The translations under genes and the position numbers were made by a program. 64,000 bases of DNA from Halarcobacter sp. (GTDB lineage Bacteria; Campylobacterota; Campylobacteria; Campylobacterales; Arcobacteraceae): NCBI GenBank assembly GCA_048571215.1, contig CP182352.1, positions 2,112,001-2,176,000 of the forward strand. The letters run 5' to 3'. The notes beneath the pieces are model-generated. The model was not told where the DNA came from. It saw only the letters and a list, made by a program, of their open reading frames with translations, and did not search any database. Below are positions 61,889 through 64,000 of this stretch, piece after piece (within the stretch, counting starts at the first letter, position 1; each line of letters opens with the position of its first letter).

Positions 61889-62119
61889 CTACTCCTGTTT
61901 TTCTAATGGGTCAATACATTTACAAATACTATCATGTCTATTACAATTTTTCATTCTATTTATCCCCAACTTAATTCCAGAAAATAAACCAAATTTATCT
62001 ATTGCTTGGTAAGTGTATAAAGAACAAGATGGTTCAAAATTACATTCTACACCAAACCATCTTTTACCACCACCAGTTTGACGATATTTTTTTATCATAA
62101 TTAGTATTAATTGTTTCAA
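61889..62119 (-). CDS. Membrane protein insertion efficiency factor YidD-like
   Basis: CNFEPSCSLY...AIDKFG...G...R..NC. Confidence 0.8.
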   Translation of the reverse strand: MKQLILIMIKKYRQTGGGKRWFGVECNFEPSCSLYTYQAIDKFGLFSGIKLGINRMKNCNRHDSICKCIDPLEKQE

Positions 62120-62123
62120 AATC

Positions 62124-62345
62124 TTAACGCCCTAAAGTGATAATAGCAGCTTCTCTTTGCCAAAACAACCAAAATCTTTTTGATTCTATAACTTGAAAAG
62201 CAAGTTGCCAACCTTCACTTGCATGATAATTCAACTCTGCTTCTATCTTTTTTAATGGTAAACCAGCTGAACCTAAAAATATTGTTCCACAACCACCTTC
62301 TACAACATAAATTACCTTATATTCTTTAAATCTATTATTTTCCAT
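62124..62345 (-). CDS. DUF4177-like small protein
   Basis: EYKV...LN....EGWQL. Confidence 0.7.
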   Translation of the reverse strand: MENNRFKEYKVIYVVEGGCGTIFLGSAGLPLKKIEAELNYHASEGWQLAFQVIESKRFWLFWQREAAIITLGR

Positions 62346-62479
62346 AATTTACCTTTTTCTTTTATTATTATGATTATAAAAATATCTATAATAAATAATA
62401 TTATGAAAACAAAACTTAAATCTTTATGTTACTTTATAGTATAAATAGTTTTTTAATGCACATATGTTACATTATAGAT

Positions 62480-62500
62480 ATAGGATAATTTATATCCTAT
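62480..62500. promoter_or_regulatory. Perfect palindromic operator upstream of sufB
   Basis: ATAGGATA-ATTTA-TATCCTAT, 19 bp before the ATG. Confidence 0.7.
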
Positions 62501-62519
62501 TTAAATTAAAGGAGTTATT

Positions 62520-63956
62520 ATGGCTTCAAATGCACATATAAAGGAATTATTAAAACAAGATTATAAGCTAGGTTTTGAAACCTTGGTTGAGAGTGATACT
62601 TTCCCAAAAGGCTTAGATGAAAATATTATTAAAGCTATCTCTAAAAAGAAAGATGAGCCTGATTGGCTTTTGGATTTTAGATTAAAGGCTTTTAACAAAT
62701 GGCTTAAAATGGAAGAACCTTCTTGGGCAAATTTAAAATATCCTAAAATCGATTACCAAGATATCTCTTACTATTCAGCTCCTAAAAAAAGTCTTGATAG
62801 TTTAGATGAAGTTGACCCTGAGATTTTAAAGACTTACGAAAAACTTGGGATTCCACTTGAAGAACAAAAACTTTTAGCAGGGGTTGCAGTGGATGCTGTT
62901 TTTGATTCGGTTTCTGTTAAAACAACTTTTCAAGATGAACTTGAAAAACTTGGAATAATCTTTTGTTCTATTTCGGAAGCAGCGCACAATCACCCAGAGC
63001 TTTTAAAAAAATATTTAGCTTCAGTTGTGGGTTCAGGAGACAATTTTTTTGCCTCATTAAATGCTGCTGTATTTACAGATGGAAGTTTTGTATATATCCC
63101 ACCAAATGTTAGATGCCCTATGGAGTTATCAACATATTTTAGAATAAATGCTTTAAATACAGGACAATTTGAAAGAACACTTATCATAGCAGATAAAGGA
63201 AGTTATGTTTCATACAACGAAGGGTGTTCAGCCCCAAGTAGAGATGAAAGACAACTTCATGCAGCAGTTGTTGAACTTGTAGCTTTAGAGGATGCCCAAA
63301 TAAAATATTCTACTATACAAAATTGGTATCCTGGGGATGATGAAGGTAAAGGTGGTATTTTGAACTTTGTAACAAAAAGGGGTATTTGTAAAGGTAATAA
63401 CTCAAAAATATCTTGGACACAAGTTGAAACGGGTTCATCACTTACTTGGAAATACCCTTCCTGTATACTAAAAGGGGATAATAGTGTTGGAGAGTTTTAC
63501 TCTGTGGCTATTTCTAGCCATGCCCAACAAGCTGATACAGGTTCAAAGATGATACATCTTGGAAAAAATACAAAATCAACTATTATCTCAAAAGGGATTT
63601 CAGCTATGCATGGGGTAAATGGTTATAGGGGATTGGTTAAAGTTGCTAAAAATGCTGACAATGCAAGAAATGTATCACAATGTGATTCCTTGTTGATTGG
63701 AAATAAATGTCAAGCAAATACCTATCCATACCATGAAATTGGAAATATGACAGCAAACATTGAACATGAAGCAACCACTTCTAAGATATCAGAAGAACAA
63801 CTGTTTTATTTAAATCAAAGGGGTATCAAAGAAGAGGATGCCATAGCTATGATAGTAAATGGTTTTTGTAAAGAGGTTCTAAAAGAGCTTCCAATGGAGT
63901 TTGCAGCTGAAGCTAAAGAGTTACTTAGTATCTCTTTAGAGGGAAGCGTTGGATAA
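62520..63956 (+). CDS. sufB: Fe-S cluster assembly protein SufB
   Basis: [34 protein letters not shown]. Confidence 0.97.
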   Translation: MASNAHIKELLKQDYKLGFETLVESDTFPKGLDENIIKAISKKKDEPDWLLDFRLKAFNKWLKMEEPSWANLKYPKIDYQDISYYSAPKKSLDSLDEVDPEILKTYEKLGIPLEEQKLLAGVAVDAVFDSVSVKTTFQDELEKLGIIFCSISEAAHNHPELLKKYLASVVGSGDNFFASLNAAVFTDGSFVYIPPNVRCPMELSTYFRINALNTGQFERTLIIADKGSYVSYNEGCSAPSRDERQLHAAVVELVALEDAQIKYSTIQNWYPGDDEGKGGILNFVTKRGICKGNNSKISWTQVETGSSLTWKYPSCILKGDNSVGEFYSVAISSHAQQADTGSKMIHLGKNTKSTIISKGISAMHGVNGYRGLVKVAKNADNARNVSQCDSLLIGNKCQANTYPYHEIGNMTANIEHEATTSKISEEQLFYLNQRGIKEEDAIAMIVNGFCKEVLKELPMEFAAEAKELLSISLEGSVG

Positions 63957-64000
63957 AAAGTAGAAGACAACTCGTTGTCTCCTTTAGAGTTTGTTTCTTT

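Overview
AT-rich chromosomal window from a Campylobacterota bacterium, most likely Arcobacteraceae (inferred from gene content and order such as pyrH-rpoZ-spoT-tyrS-fabX-like-amiA, folD-lepB-rpiB, nifS-nifU and cheV). Most of it is housekeeping. Two accessory regions stand out. (1) 26300-37616, between nth and uvrB, is a complete paeninodin/pseudomycoidin-type lasso peptide cluster: RRE (B1), leader peptidase (B2), ABC exporter, DUF218/YdcF protein, nucleotidyltransferase, HPr-kinase-like kinase, sulfotransferase and lasso cyclase. It also has a 47-aa precursor missing from the ORF track (35678-35821; predicted core VGAPGPFDGSGPYS), an opposite-strand U32-like Fe-S domain/sulfotransferase fusion gene, and an intact IS256 with an 8-bp target duplication. 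(2) 57334-61456 is an RtcB2-PrfH ribosome repair pair, divergent from an operon ending in a WYL regulator, with a G-poor leader ORF overlapping the rtcB start. Smaller signals: a candidate sRNA with anti-SD loops, a G9 tract and hairpins in front of a chemoreceptor gene, a palindrome shared by the nifS and sufB promoters, a perfect Fnr/NssR box before a hemerythrin operon, a probable ATT start for amiA and an unannotated small membrane protein. All family assignments come from motif recognition by eye; no database searches were run.
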